Of a DNA stretch of 64,000 nt, positions 30,261-44,980 are shown piece after piece. This DNA comes from Eledone cirrhosa (lineage: Eukaryota), in contig OZ024741.1 in NCBI GenBank assembly GCA_964016885.1, positions 52,762,001 to 52,826,000 on the forward strand. Reading direction: 5' to 3'. Each line of letters starts with the position of its first letter. Position 1 is the stretch's first letter. Made by a program: the position numbers and the translations under genes. The notes below the pieces were generated by a model, which saw only the letters and a program-made list of their open reading frames with translations, searched no databases and was not told where the DNA came from.

Positions 30261-31133
30261 TTGTTTGGCCTCCATCGTTTCCGATGATGAATGCTCCATT
30301 GATTCAATAAAGGGAACTGCCTGCTCGTGAAATTAACGTTGTTGAGCTATCCACAGAAGTCACCCGTAACAGAGTTCTCAAGGAGATACAACGTGACACA
30401 ATATGTGACAATACTGGCTCTTTAAATTACAGATACAACTAATTTTTACTAACTGGGTCAACATGAAATCATTTTTTTGCCTAAGGACACAAGCTGCCCA
30501 GCCCGGGAATTGACTTAATAAATCCATTAGAAATTACAAAAACAACACCGACTAGATGATTCGTGATCTTTGTGATTTTTGTGATAACTAACAAATAAGT
30601 CGTCCTCTAGGTTGTCACTCCAGTTCCATAGCTCTGGTGTATGAAAGTCGCGATAACCATGCCTGCTGGCAGACACACATACACTCTCATATATCTTCGT
30701 TATATATAATTCTACATCATCGTAACGATTATACTATCCCAACTTGAACAGGCACATACACTCGGATGCGCACATAGACGTACATATACATGTATACACT
30801 CACTAAGCTACTTATCTACACACACAACTACTCCCTAAATATATACAAATTTATATGGAAGCGCGTATGTGTATCTGTATCTATAAAGTATGAACAATAT
30901 ATTCTAAAACATTTCTATGAAGAAAATTTACAATTGGATGAATAATGCATATACTTGCATGGATAGACCACACCCCTGATTAAACAGCCAGTCAACCGCG
31001 AAGTCATTCGGCAAACAGTCTGGAACTAACTGTTGAAATAGGAAGAGCTCAGCCGTTGAGTTCCGACTCTTTATAATATAGCTATATTATACTACCCCAA
31101 GTATTGAGTACTGTGTTGAGTAATGATTCTATC

Positions 31134-31195
<62 letters not shown>

Positions 31196-31264
31196 ATATA
31201 TGTACTGAATATATATATATATATATATATACATATATATATGTATATATATATACACGCACAG

Positions 31265-31336
<72 letters not shown>

Positions 31337-31689
31337 ATGCGTATATACTAGTTGGTCTCGTGCCGTCAAAAATGACGGCTAATTGTAACATCTATACATA
31401 ATATAAAAAGGAATGTTTGTTTGTTTGTTGGTTGGTTCCTTCGCGCTCATTCACACAAGTTATACAAACTTACAAGCAAACATCTGTGACAGATATTAAA
31501 ACGCTGGACTTCCAGAGTTTCTCACCCCTGCTTGCTCAGTCATCACATAGATGTGTGTGTATGTAATAATTATTTGTTTACGTGTGGCTGTTTATATATA
31601 TGTATGTGTAGATTCGTGTGCGTTTGTAATTCTTTTGTCTATGTATCTTTTAAAATAAACATACAGAAATACATATACACTCACACACA

Positions 31690-31726
31690 TCTATATATAT
31701 AAAAGCGAGGATGTGTGTGTGTGTGT

Positions 31727-31825
<99 letters not shown>

Positions 31826-32189
31826 CGTGTCTGTAGACAACTTTGCACAGCTAAGGCTTTTACAATTTCCAACCGAATTTGACCAAATTTTCTGTGCACG
31901 TTGCACCTGTCGCTCAGATGGTCACGTCACAAAAATAATTTTTCAAATCGACCCACGTAAAAAATCGATAGCAAAATTATTTTTTCTAAAGTGTCCTGTT
32001 CAGTGTTTTCCTTCATTATCAGCATAGTTTTATGTGTACAAAGATTGCAATAAATATTCGTTTGCATTATTATTGAAGACTTCTGCTTATTTTGACAGGT
32101 TGGGGACAAATAATTTTCTTCTTTTACTTCCTAGCTGTATATTCTTAGCATAATTTCAAACTCCGGGCAACGCCGGGTAAATCTGCTAG
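31690..32189 (+). mobile_element. Non-autonomous Helitron-like element
   Basis: A|TCTATATATATAAAA start, internal (TG)n, 3' hairpin CCGGGCAACGCCGGG then CTAG|T; similar 5' parts at about 31392 and 55180. Confidence 0.75.
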
Positions 32190-32296
32190 TATTATATATA
32201 TGATACTAGCAGATAGTATATAGTGTGTTACTAGTATATAGTGTGATACTATATAGTGTGTTATGGACAAATACATATTGACTTTTATTATATTAC

Positions 32297-32485
32297 TCGG
32301 TGGATTGACAGTTTCGCTAGAGGGTCAGACGCCATGCTTTGCAGCATAGTTACGTCCCTTTACGGACTGAGTTCAAATCCCGCCTAGGTTAACTTTTCCT
32401 TTCATCTTTACGGGGTCAATAAAATAAAGTACCAGTAATGCACTGGGGTAATAACTGGCCTTGTGCCAAAAGTAGAAACGATTAT
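32297..32485 (+). mobile_element. tRNA-derived SINE, family A
   Basis: Homologous to 8630-8822. Confidence 0.8.
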
Positions 32486-32867
32486 ATTACTGATAGTGTG
32501 CTATCGATTTCTGAGTGAAATAATTTTAGTTTCTTAGCTGAGTACAACTGATTATAAAGTCATTCGCATGAAGTATTTATGTTTGATGAAAATAATTTTG
32601 CTACAGCCGCTAACAATTATAACAGTCTCTACATAGTACTAACACGTGAGTGTACTGAGAACGTTGGTATTTTAGTTTGGAAATAGCAATCGATCAATAC
32701 TACACGCACACACACATATATATATGCATATATATCCGAGCTGAGGATACGCATAATGTGAAACATTTGTTCTCGTTATGAACTCTTTGTGGAACTTCTT
32801 ATAATACACACACACACACACACACACACACCCACACACACACACACACCCACACACACCCACACAC

Positions 32868-32983
<116 letters not shown>

Positions 32984-33099
32984 GTATATATATATGTATA
33001 TATATATATATGTATATATATATGTATATATATATATATATATATGCATATATATATGTATATATATATATATGTATATATATATGTATATATATATGT

Positions 33100-33147
<48 letters not shown>

Positions 33148-33178
33148 ATATATATATATATGTATATATATATGTATA

Positions 33179-33218
<40 letters not shown>

Positions 33219-33269
33219 CGTTTATTTAATTATTTGTATACACACACACACAGATAATATATATATTTG

Positions 33270-33306
<37 letters not shown>

Positions 33307-33335
33307 ATCAAAAGATGGTTAAAAGAGTTCCATGT

Positions 33336-33404
33336 ATTTTATTATGCGCATTTCAAAAACAAATATCATCATGCGATGACATTTGCGTTTTCGTCAGATA
33401 AAAT
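33336..33404 (-). ncRNA. Canonical type I hammerhead ribozyme in a Penelope pLTR
   Basis: ATTTTAT-CTGACGA-AAACGCAAATGTCATC(gcat)GATGATATTTGTTTTT-GAAA-TGCGCA-TA-ATAAAAT. Confidence 0.88.
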
Positions 33405-34383
33405 AAGGAGACATGATATGAAGGTTAAAAAACACTTGTGAATAGTGCAGTTTTAAATCAACATATGAAAAGTAGTTTTAGATTGATGTGTGATATTGGG
33501 AAAATAATTGAGGGGGAGGGGTTGGAAAGGATGAAAAAGAGGAGGAGATGAGAGTAAAGAATGGAGGGGGGGGGGAGTATAATAAGGAAGGACGAGATAG
33601 GAGGGGAGATGGGTGATAGAGAGAGAGAGAGAGATAGCTTTTATAACTGTGAAAAATATATTGTTTTACATAGAGAGGTTAAAAAACCGTTGGAAGATAA
33701 TATATACATTAAAAGAATTTGAAAATTAACGAAGAGAAAAATTTTAGAATAATGTTAAATTAAGGTTTGTATATTGAAGGGTTTAATAATATGTGCGATG
33801 AAAAGAAATTGTTAATATGTATTATGAATAATATTTAAGGGTTTAATAATATGTGCGATGGAAAGAAATTGTTGATATGTATTATTAAAAAAATATAAAA
33901 ATATAACAATAGTAATGTAATTAAGGATATATTGTGAAAAGAAGTAGAAGAGTGGATGAATAAGTGTAATATGTATAAGTTAGATGAGCATGAAAGGGAG
34001 AAAAAATAATGAATTGAGGATGAATAATCTAACGTCAAAAAATGTTTATGTTTACGAAGGATTTTTCAAGGTGATATTATGAAGTATTTAAAAGGGTAAG
34101 GATATATTGTGGTGATTAATAATGAGAATTGAGAAGAATCTAGGAAGAAAAGGTACAGATTAGAGGTTAGAAATTAAAAGAAAAAGAAAAAAAGAAAAAA
34201 GGAAAAAAGAAAGAAAGGGAAGCGATAAATAGGAGTGATATAGAATGAGTAACTAGTATTATATAATGTATAATAAATAACATTGAAATAAGGTAGAAAG
34301 ATGGGTATATTTTTAAAGAAATATATATGTATATATATATGTGCCTTTGAGAAAAGGATTTTAAAATGGTAAAGTATTAGATA

Positions 34384-36742
34384 TTAGCTGTATACTTTAT
34401 GGAATGTTCTGTGGAATTTATGCAAGCAGAGAGAAAACAAGTCAGTGCGTCTATTTATTATAGAATCTAAATTAGATTTAATGGTAAATTTCTCACATAA
34501 ACAGAGATTACATGTCTTGGATAGAGAACCATTCAAGTATGGAGAAGCAGAACAAACCTTCCTCCAAGAGATGTTATAGTTAATATTTTTGTCTTTCAAG
34601 GACCATATGAGTTCTGAGAGTGCCGGGTTGGTTCTTTTAAGTTGGTATTTAAAAGACGAATGATGATTATAAAGACGAGCTTTAAAGGAGGTGGAAGTGG
34701 AGCCAAAATATGTAAAGGAATTGGTGTCAGTTATAACTTTATATTCGTAGATTAAGTCTTTTTCAAGATAATTGTTTCTACGTTAGGCACAAGGCCAGCA
34801 ATTACCCAGTGCATTACTGGTACTTTATTTTATCGACCCCGTAAGGATGAAAGGCAAAGTCAACCTCGGCGGGATTTGAACTCAGATCGTAAAGGGACGT
34901 AACTATGCTGGAAAGCATGGCGTCCGACCCTCTACCAATACTGCCAATCCACCGTTGTTGAGAGGACATTTATTTTTAACAGGGCAATTACAATTGCGAT
35001 TAGAGAAATTAACAGAGTTAACAAGTGACCTAGTGTTATCTATAGAAGGAATTGGATTGGAGAAGTTATTCACGATAGGAATAATAGTTTCTTGATTTAG
35101 AATGGGATTAAGAACATTTAACGAAGTTGCGTTTGACGTTGTATTTGGGTTTGCAGAAATTAGCCTAGAGTTAACAATGACGTCGGGAGTACTATTACTA
35201 TTATTATGATATTCAGTGTTGGAAGGAAGAGATTTAGTATTTAGTATTTTATTGTTGTGTTTAGAGATAATGTTAGAGATGTTGGAGGAGGTCGAATATG
35301 AACATTTTATAGTGTATTTGTTAAATATTTTACTATAGATATGTAAGGGAGGGAAGCACTTATTTAAGGCACTAAGGAATAATTTAGGAATATTATTATT
35401 AATAGAGATGGAGAAAGGAGCATTATACCAGATTATGTTTTTGTATCTAGGTCTTTTATTAAAGTTATTGGAATGATCATGATTAATTATTCTACTGTAA
35501 GATCTTCTAGAATTTGTTTCTTTACTATATTTGATTTTATCAGGATAACCGGTTTTAGAAAGCGCGTTATTATAGTAATTGGCGTTAGCATCAAAGATGT
35601 TTTTATTAGAAGATAGGTTGGATATTCTTTTTCCGATATTACTAACTATAGCATTTTTAATATTAGTGGGGTGGTTAGATTTAAAATTAACATAATTTAG
35701 GTTCTCATTGTTTTTATGGTAAGGGTAATATAGGCCAGTGTCAAGATTAAGAGATACATCCAAGAAATTAGCTAGTTTGATGCTGTTATCAAATTCAATT
35801 TTTAAGTTATGTTGGTTAAAGAGATTACGTGTATTGTTCTTAATAATATTAAGGTTAATTATGTTGCAATTTAAGATAGTAAAGAGTCCATCGTCACGAT
35901 AAATTCCACCGCGAAGTTGAGGAATTATCCGATTAAAAGATGTCAAAATAAAGATACCAATTAAATCTGTCAATTGGGATGAATCGGATGCTCCCATTGT
36001 GATGTCAAAGTTGTTAGAGGTATCAGCTCTGGTCCAATATTCATTGTTGAACTCTAGGATGGTTTTACGTGCGGTGAGAATGATGTGAAGTTCATCTGTG
36101 GTGATGTCCGAATATTTGTAAGCGAAAGATAGAGCATTGTTGAGAAGTGAGGGCGAAATAGAAGAATAGTAGCTGGCAATATCAAATTGAATAATTTTTT
36201 GTTTGTTTTTCTTACTCAATTTGTTGAACCAGCCAATCACTTCAGAAGTACCAAACCATAAATTTAGGTTCAAAGAAGAGCAATTAGAACGAACCTGTGG
36301 GATAATTCTATCCAAGATGGCTTTGCTAACAACCCCAGATCTGATTTAGAGGGGGCGATTAGTCTAACAGGTAGTTCAGTACGAAAGTTGTTTTTGTGAT
36401 CCTTGAGATTTATCCTCGGAGTTCTTGGGGGGAATGGTTCGGTCTTTTTCCGATGCCAAGTTTTGACATAATCTCAGAAGCTTCAAAGTTTATGGATTCT
36501 AAATTATCATGGTTGGTTTTGCGATATTTTTTCCTAAGTTCCTTTAGGATAAGGTTGTTATAGTTATCCTTAGAAATACCATATAAATTATTTGTTTTGT
36601 CAGAGTGGATTAAAACACTTTTTGAGGAATTTAGGTTTGAAATCGTGTTCTTGAGATTTACAAGGTGCTCTTGTCCTCTGTAAGGGTTTCTCTTGAATTT
36701 AAGATTTTTTATAGTGTTAGTTAACTCCTCCTCGAATTGCAC
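34384..36742 (-). pseudogene. Penelope-like RT and GIY-YIG ORF, disrupted
   Basis: ORFs 36410-36742, 34903-36315 and 34384-34599 join once frameshifts and the SINE are removed. Confidence 0.88.
34770..34953 (-). mobile_element. tRNA-derived SINE family A inserted in the Penelope ORF
   Basis: Near-identical to 8630-8822; splits CPLNN from YLEKDLIY; short AACAA duplication. Confidence 0.85.
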
Positions 36743-36862
36743 TAGATTTTTGTTGGAAGGAGAATTTCTTCTAGAATTAAATAAATGATCAAGAAAGTTA
36801 TGTTCCTTGGTATAGAAGTTCCCTTTTAGGCGCTTTATTGTACTACAATAAAACTCACCTCC

Positions 36863-36908
<46 letters not shown>

Positions 36909-36942
36909 GGCGCTTTATTGTACTACAATAAAACTCACCTCC

Positions 36943-36999
<57 letters not shown>

Positions 37000-37639
37000 G
37001 TTATCATATACATAAAATTAAAATTAAATTAAAGATATATATATGTTGCAACTGTTCACTTTTAAACTCTATGAAGAATTAATAAATTAAAATCAGAAAA
37101 TCAAAAAATCAAAAAACCAAAAAATCATTCGTTGTACTGCCTCTCTGTTTTGTTCCTGTTCAAATTTTCCATTATATATATATATATATATGTATACAAT
37201 ATTCTTTAATTTTTTCAAATAACCAAAGTCTCACTCACGTATCAAATATAAAAAAAACGCACACAATGGGGGTGGGGGTTTTGGTGGAATATGACCACTG
37301 ACCAGCAAGCCCACAACGGACGAAATTGGTCTGATAATGAAATTAACCTCTTAATAAACACATGGTTTTCTCTGTCCTAAACAATAAACATTAACGCATC
37401 GTGTCTGAATGAAATTGCTGAAAATACAGCTCAAACATTTACCACGAGGTCTGCTAAGCAGATACACAACAAACTAAAACATGTAGAAGTCTCAAACGAA
37501 TTCAAAACCATTTTGAAAAACCTCGACATATTTACTCCAATGGACAAACACAACAACAGCAACAACAACAACAACAACAACCAGAAAACCAGGAGCCACC
37601 ACCACCGCCACCACTACTGAATTCAAGCATAATAGCTGA

Positions 37640-38002
37640 GTTACTGAATGACAATGACGTATTATCTTCGTTTTTTCCGTCCATTGCGAGAGAACGTCTC
37701 TATGAACCACCTAATAGAATATTAGTCTACGACTTCTTTTATACCATAAACGTGGTTTTGTCTTTGCGTGTAATCGTTTTTCACCGCTCCAAATAATGAC
37801 GTATTATATTCGTTTTTTCCCCGTTCTTTGCCACGGAACGTTTACAAGAACCAAAGTATCGTCTTCCTGTCTTCCTCCGGCTGCAACGTATTTTGAAATA
37901 TTTACTTCTGCGTTCACAGATTGACTTTGTTAGTTTCAGAAGATCCCGTTAAGGGTGAAAGCAGCGATTCTTTGCTTAAACTGTAATCTGTTATTTTAAT
38001 AA

Positions 38003-38003
<1 letters not shown>
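37640..38003 (+). repeat. pLTR-like repeat family with a CAGAAGA-core HHR variant
   Basis: Copies at 38415-38570 (-), 39085-39515, 55515-55635; 3' tips at 42343 and 42465; most end in (TA)n. Confidence 0.7.
37932..37982 (+). ncRNA. Hammerhead-like motif with U4-to-A core (CAGAAGA)
   Basis: AGTTT-CAGAAGA-TCCC(gttaa)GGGT-GAAA-GCAG(cgattct)TTGC-TT-AAACT; also 38438-38488 (-), 39441-39491, 55564-55614. Confidence 0.6.
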
Positions 38004-38046
<43 letters not shown>

Positions 38047-39510
38047 ATACTTGGGGAGGGTCATATTTGTGTAATAATATTGCCAGAATTAATAACAGAA
38101 CACACTCACTGTTTGGTTGGTTTTCGCTTCTGTGTCTTTTATATCGGTTAATTTAATTTATTCGCTCCTCAATGTTACCATTGACTGAACAACGGTAAAA
38201 AATACAGATACAATATAGACACAAACACATATATATATATAGTCTAACAAAGTTCTTTCGTTAGGAGAAATTCTATGATTGGAATGTGGTTTTAGGAAGT
38301 GTGTGTGTATATATATATATATATGTAGTAATAATAATAAATTTGAAGACTAAAATCCAAAGAGGGCTCGATAAGGATAAATATATATCAAATATATAAG
38401 AACCGTAGAGCAAATATTTATTAAAATAACAGATTAAAGTTTAAGCAAAGAATCGCTTCTTTCACCCTTAATGGGATCTTCTGAAACTAGCGAAGTCAAT
38501 CTGTGAACGCAGAAGTCAATATTCAAAAAACGTTGCAACCGGAGGAAGACAGGAAGACGATACTTTGGTTGGTGGAAATGTGTATACGTGAGTTTTGTGT
38601 CTGTGTGAGTATGTGGGTTCGTACGTATGTAGGGTGTGTGTATATGTGTACTTTGTGTTTTGGTTAACGTTGTATCCGAATATATGTGTATTTACATGTA
38701 GGTATGTGTGTGCGCTTGTTATATACGTATTTATTTATTTATATACGTTTATTTAATTATATGTATACACGCACACACACATACACACACACACACACAC
38801 ACATATATATATGTATATATATATATTATATATATTTTTATGTGTATTTGGTGTATACATTCGTATGCGTGCGGGTACAGGCGTTGCGTCGGTTCTGTAT
38901 GTGCGTGCGGGTTTTATTTGTTTTTTTGTGTGTGTACGTGCGTATATTTGTATACTTATGGCGAGTGTTTTCGCGTATGCTTGTGTATGTACGTATATGG
39001 ATGCGTGTATGTATTTATTTAATTTCAATTACCTCTGTATTTTATTTACTTTACTCTTAACTCTGAATCATTCGGTTTCCTAGTTAGAATTTTAGTCTAC
39101 GACTTCCGTTATACCATTTACGTGGTTTTGTCTTTGCGTGCAATTGTTCTTCCCGCTCCACATATGACGTATTATCTTCGTTTTTTCCGTCCATTGCCAG
39201 AGAACGTCTCTATGAGCCACCTAAGAGAATATTAGTCTACGACTTCTTTTATACCATAAACGTGGTTTTGTCTTTGCGTGTAATTGTTTTTCACCGCTCC
39301 AAATAATGACGTATTATATTCGTTTATTCCCGTTCTTTGCCAGGGAACGTTTCCACGAACCAAAGTATCGTCTTCCTGTCTTCCTCCGGTTGCAAGGTTT
39401 TTTGAAACATTTACTTCTGCGTTCATAGATTGACTTTGTTAGTTTCAGAAGATCCCGTTAAGGGTGAAAGCAGCGATTCTTTGCTTAAACTTTAATCTGT
39501 TATTTTAATA

Positions 39511-39571
<61 letters not shown>

Positions 39572-40262
39572 ATGTTGAAAAGGTAACACACCAGAGAGAG
39601 ATATACACTGGTGGTTTTTTCCCCTGTTTTATTGATAGCGCACTGTATATCTCTCTCTGGTGTGTTACCTTTTGAACATATTGTATTTTAAAGAGCTCAG
39701 GATTTCTTCTCCTTTGAGCACATTATTTACAGGGAATAGCGAGGGCCTATGCCTCCGTTAATTTATCGTGATATATATATATATATCTATATAGGAACGA
39801 GTAGGACCCCCACGGCTGAACTCAAGCCGTTTCGACGGCTAATTCTGGCCCATTCTGTATATATATATATATTATTGTTCCATTTTTATAAATATATCGA
39901 GATTGATACTTTCCTTTAATTATTACACTCCCTTACCTCTTTTACTTCCGCATATAAGTGTACGTGTGTGTAGGTGTGTTTATGCGCGTGCCTTCATATT
40001 CTTATGATGTATCTATTCTGTCTGTATATTACAGATACACAGATACATTTGCCCTAAATTATATATTTACGCACACTTTTTCACTATACGTATACATATG
40101 TGCATAAACATATATGCACATCTGTGAGCGTATATACATACATATGCACACACCTAACTATATTTCTTGAAAGATTTTTATATATTTCATATTCTAATTC
40201 ATTTGTCTATTTTATTTTTGCTTTTCTTGATGAGACTTTCCAAGTATTTACCCATGTTTTAT

Positions 40263-40340
40263 ATTGCCTCGTCTGACGAACGAATGAAGACGTTTCTTTC
40301 GTATTCGCCTCACTCGGGAAACCTCTGGTAATGAGGTAAT
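40263..40340 (+). ncRNA. Canonical type I hammerhead ribozyme
   Basis: ATTGCCTCGT-CTGACGA-ACGA..TCGG-GAAA-CC(tct)GG-TA-ATGAGGTAAT; 10-bp stem I. Confidence 0.85.
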
Positions 40341-40440
40341 TATATTGTATTGATTTTTATACATTAAATTTTGCTCTGGTACTTACATAGAGCACTCTTC
40401 ACTTCTATGACCTTTTCTGTTTTCAACGGAAATTTCAATA

Positions 40441-40500
<60 letters not shown>

Positions 40501-40978
40501 GAGTGCGGGTGTATATATTACAATACACACATGTGTGTGTATGTATGTTTTTTTCAGTCTGTCTGTCACAGTCCTTTTAACAATACACATACGTGTGTGT
40601 GTGTGTGTGGGGGGGGGTTGTTGTCGTGTCGGTGTTTGCGTGTGTTTTCTTCAGCCCGTCTGTCACAGATCCCTTTGTGGTGGGAAATAGAAAAAAAAAT
40701 TCTTCAAATTTCAGAAAATTTTCAAAAATTAAAAACTAAAACCCAAGAATTTAAAGATTAAACATTTTTTTTTTTAAATTCTTGACAATACACACACAGG
40801 ATGTTTGTCAAAAAACATCTTTGTTCTGTGAAGAAACACAACTACTGCTATCTTCTCTTGGCACAACATTTTGAGCAATAAGTATGGAAGAAAACTTACT
40901 CCAAACATTTGATTTTAATTTTAAATCCGTAGTTTTTAACTCCTATTTATTCTTTTTAATTTTTATTTCAATACTCAA

Positions 40979-41025
40979 CATTTGATAAGATGGATAATAC
41001 ATCGAAACCGGTAATTCTTCATATA
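40979..41025 (+). ncRNA. Hammerhead motif with U3-A8 core
   Basis: TTGATAA-GATG(gataata)CATC-GAAA-CCGG-TA; weak stem I. Confidence 0.5.
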
Positions 41026-41274
41026 CGTTATCTACATTATAAAACTTTTTTTAAAAAAGAATTGACCCTCTCATTTGTTCAATAATGTTATCTTTTCAAT
41101 AATGTCAGTTTGACGAATAAAAAAAAACCCCCAGAAAAACACACCCTTAAATATTTTTTCGGGCTATTTCCAAGATCACCTTTTCTCTATATATACATAC
41201 ATATATATATACATACATGTGTGTATATATATATATATATATACACACACATACACACACATATACATACATAT

Positions 41275-41309
<35 letters not shown>

Positions 41310-41498
41310 GGAACCAGTAAGACCCCGACAGCTGAGCTCAAGCCGTTTCGACGGCTAATTCAGTCCAGAATTAGCCGTCGAAACGGCTTGAGCTCAGCTG
41401 TCGGGGTCTTACTGGTTCCTATTACCCACTCTACTACCTCAAGTATTGAGTACTTTGGTGCGTTATGGTCCACCTGGTTCCTTACCACATTTCCTTCG

Positions 41499-42335
<837 letters not shown>

Positions 42336-42399
42336 CAAATATAAGGGTGAAAGCAGCGATTCTATGCTTGAACTTTAATCTGATATTTTAATAAATATA

Positions 42400-42457
<58 letters not shown>

Positions 42458-42521
42458 CAAATATAAGGGTGAAAGCAGCGATTCTATGCTTGAACTTTAA
42501 TCTGATATTTTAATAAATATA

Positions 42522-42603
<82 letters not shown>

Positions 42604-42926
42604 CATATATATATACATATACAAACATATACATATATATATATACAAACACACATACATACATATACATACACATACATACACACACGTACACAAACAT
42701 GTAACATACACACACACACACACATATATATATATACACACAGAGGGGCACAATTCAAGTACGTTATACAAGTGGAAAAAGCAGATAGGTAAGAGCAGGT
42801 GTGTGTATTTATATGTGTATATATGTGTATATATATTTGTATACGTATATATATATATATATGTATGCGTATATATATATGTATATGTGTTTAGATGTAT
42901 ATATATGTGTATATGTATATATATAC

Positions 42927-44980
42927 TTCGTGCGACGCACGAAGCTACAGGCACATTTCGGCCGAACGCCACCGGCTCCGGACGCCCCAGACCCGTTTCT
43001 CGCCCTGGGCCTACGACCATCTTCTTGGACGCCGGCCCCAGGGCAATTTAGCACCCTGGACGCGTTCGTCGATGCCAGCCGTAGCGCCTTAAATCGTTTC
43101 GACTTCCGCCACCGTTCCAAACGTAATAATATCTCACGGGGCGAACTCCTCGCTCTCCGCTCCCTCCGTAGCCGAGATGACATCGTCATCAAACCGGCGG
43201 ACAAGGGAGGCGCCGTGGTGGTGTGGCGCTCGGACCTCTACACGGCCGAAGCCCTCAGGCAGCTCCGTAACCCCCTCTTCTACCGCCCTCTACCCTCCGA
43301 TCCCACACCCCTCTACCAACAACAAGTTTCCTCCACCATCCAACACCTTGTCTCCTCCTCCCTCCTCCCCCCACCTCATCGTCCGCACCCCCGCACCCCC
43401 ACCATCTACTTCCTCCCCAAACTCCACGAACCCGACAACACCGGCCGCCCCATCGTCTCCGCTTGCAACTGCCCCACTGAACTCATCTCCGCCTTTCTCG
43501 ACTCCATCCTCGCCCCCCTTGTCACCACCCTCCCCGCCCACATCTCCGACACCAACAACGCCCTGCGCCTTTTCGACTCCTTCACCTACCCACCCGGCCC
43601 ACAACCCTTCCTCTTCACCCTACACATCAAGTCCCTCTATACCGTCATCCCCCACGCCGACGGCCTACGCGCCCTCAAACACTACCTCGACCTTCGCCCC
43701 TCCCCCATTCCCTCCACCCCCACCCACCTTCGCCTAGCCGAGTTGGTCCTCACCCTCAATTGTTTCTCCTTCTCGGGTGAGTTTTACCAACAGGTCACGG
43801 GGGTAGCCATGGGTACAAGAATGGGCCCGAACTATGTCAACCTTTTTGTTGGCCGTGTTGAGGCCCAAATCTTTGCCCAGTACACCGGCCCCACGCCCGA
43901 ACTGTACGGTCGTTACATCGACGACTGTATCGGAGCCACGACCCTCACCCGAGAACAGCTCGACTCCTTTCTCTCCTTCTTCTGCTCCTTCCACCCCTCC
44001 CTCCACTTCACCACCTCTATCTCCACCACCCACGTCCACTTCTTAGACATCTCCGTCGCCTTCGACCCCTCCCACCACTCCCTCGTCACCTCCGCCTTCT
44101 TCAAACCCACCGACTCCCACTCTTACCTCGACTTCACCTCTTCCCACCCCACACACACTAAACACTCTATTCCCTATTCCCAACTCCTCAGGATACGCCG
44201 CCTCTGTAGCCGAGATGCTGACTTCGAGTCCCAGGCCCTTTCCCTAGTCAGCCATTTCCTCCGCAGAGGTTACCCCCCCTCTCGTCCACACCGCTCTCAC
44301 CCGCGCCCGTGCTGTCCACCGCTCCACCACCCTCTCCCCACGCCACCGCACACCCATCCACCGTCTCCCCTTCCCCATAACCTACCACCCCTCCACCTTA
44401 CCACTCCACCGCACCATCCGCCGCCTCTTCCGACGCCTCCAGTCCGACCCCTCCACCTCCCACATCTTCCCAACCCCACCACTCCCCTCCTTCAAACGCG
44501 CACGAAATCTCTGCACCCTCCTCGTCCACAGCTCCCTACCCCCCAACCCACGCTCTCCCCCCCGGTTACTTTCCCTGTTCTAGGCCTCGCTGCAACACCT
44601 GTCCCCACATCACCAACACCACCACCTTCCAGGGTCCCAACGGCCACTCTCTCTCTGTCCGGCATGCCTTCCGCTGCACCTCCTCCAACCTAGTCTACGG
44701 ACTTCGCTGCACGGAGTGCAGCGCGACTTACGTCGGACAGACGGGACGTCGCCTGGCGGACCGATTCACTGAGCACCTCCGGGATATTCATCTCAGTGGT
44801 AGTTCCCCCATCGCCCGCCACTTTGGTGCCCCTGGACATTCCGCACGCCATCTCACAGTCTGTGGCCTACTCCAATGCCACGGAACACCCGGCAATCTCC
44901 TCAGAGTTGAACAAAGAACCATCTTCATCTTACAGACCCACACTCCCCCCGGCCTGAACTCCCCACCATTATTCCTTTAG
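42927..44980 (+). pseudogene. Neptune-type RT and GIY-YIG ORF with a few frameshifts
   Basis: IKPADKGGAVV, YFLPKLH, GRPIVS, KSLYT, GVAMGTRMGP, RYIDD, FLDI, KPTDSHSYL, SIPYSQ; shifted frame gives CSRPRCNTC..NLVYGLRCTECSATYVGQTGRRLADRFTEH..PGLN, stop at 44980. Confidence 0.92.

Larger units (their letters stand above)
33305..36830 (-). mobile_element. Penelope-like retroelement (YRDD-type RT, C-terminal GIY-YIG, 3' pLTR)
   Basis: SDKTNNLY, QFDIASYYSSI, MGASDSS, YRDDGL, NFLDV, SNHP, CNC..KCPL, TYFGST, CNLCLCEK; frameshifts near 36320-36410; SINE inserted at 34770. Confidence 0.9.

Noticed and set aside
37540-37640. Poly-Gln/Pro-like stretch as a host exon
   Set aside because: Short (CAA)n/(CCA)n repeat with no supported splice context or homology
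42801-42926. N-terminus of the 630-aa ORF
   Set aside because: Microsatellite read-through; Penelope homology starts near 42927 and the Pro/His-rich tail is an out-of-frame reading
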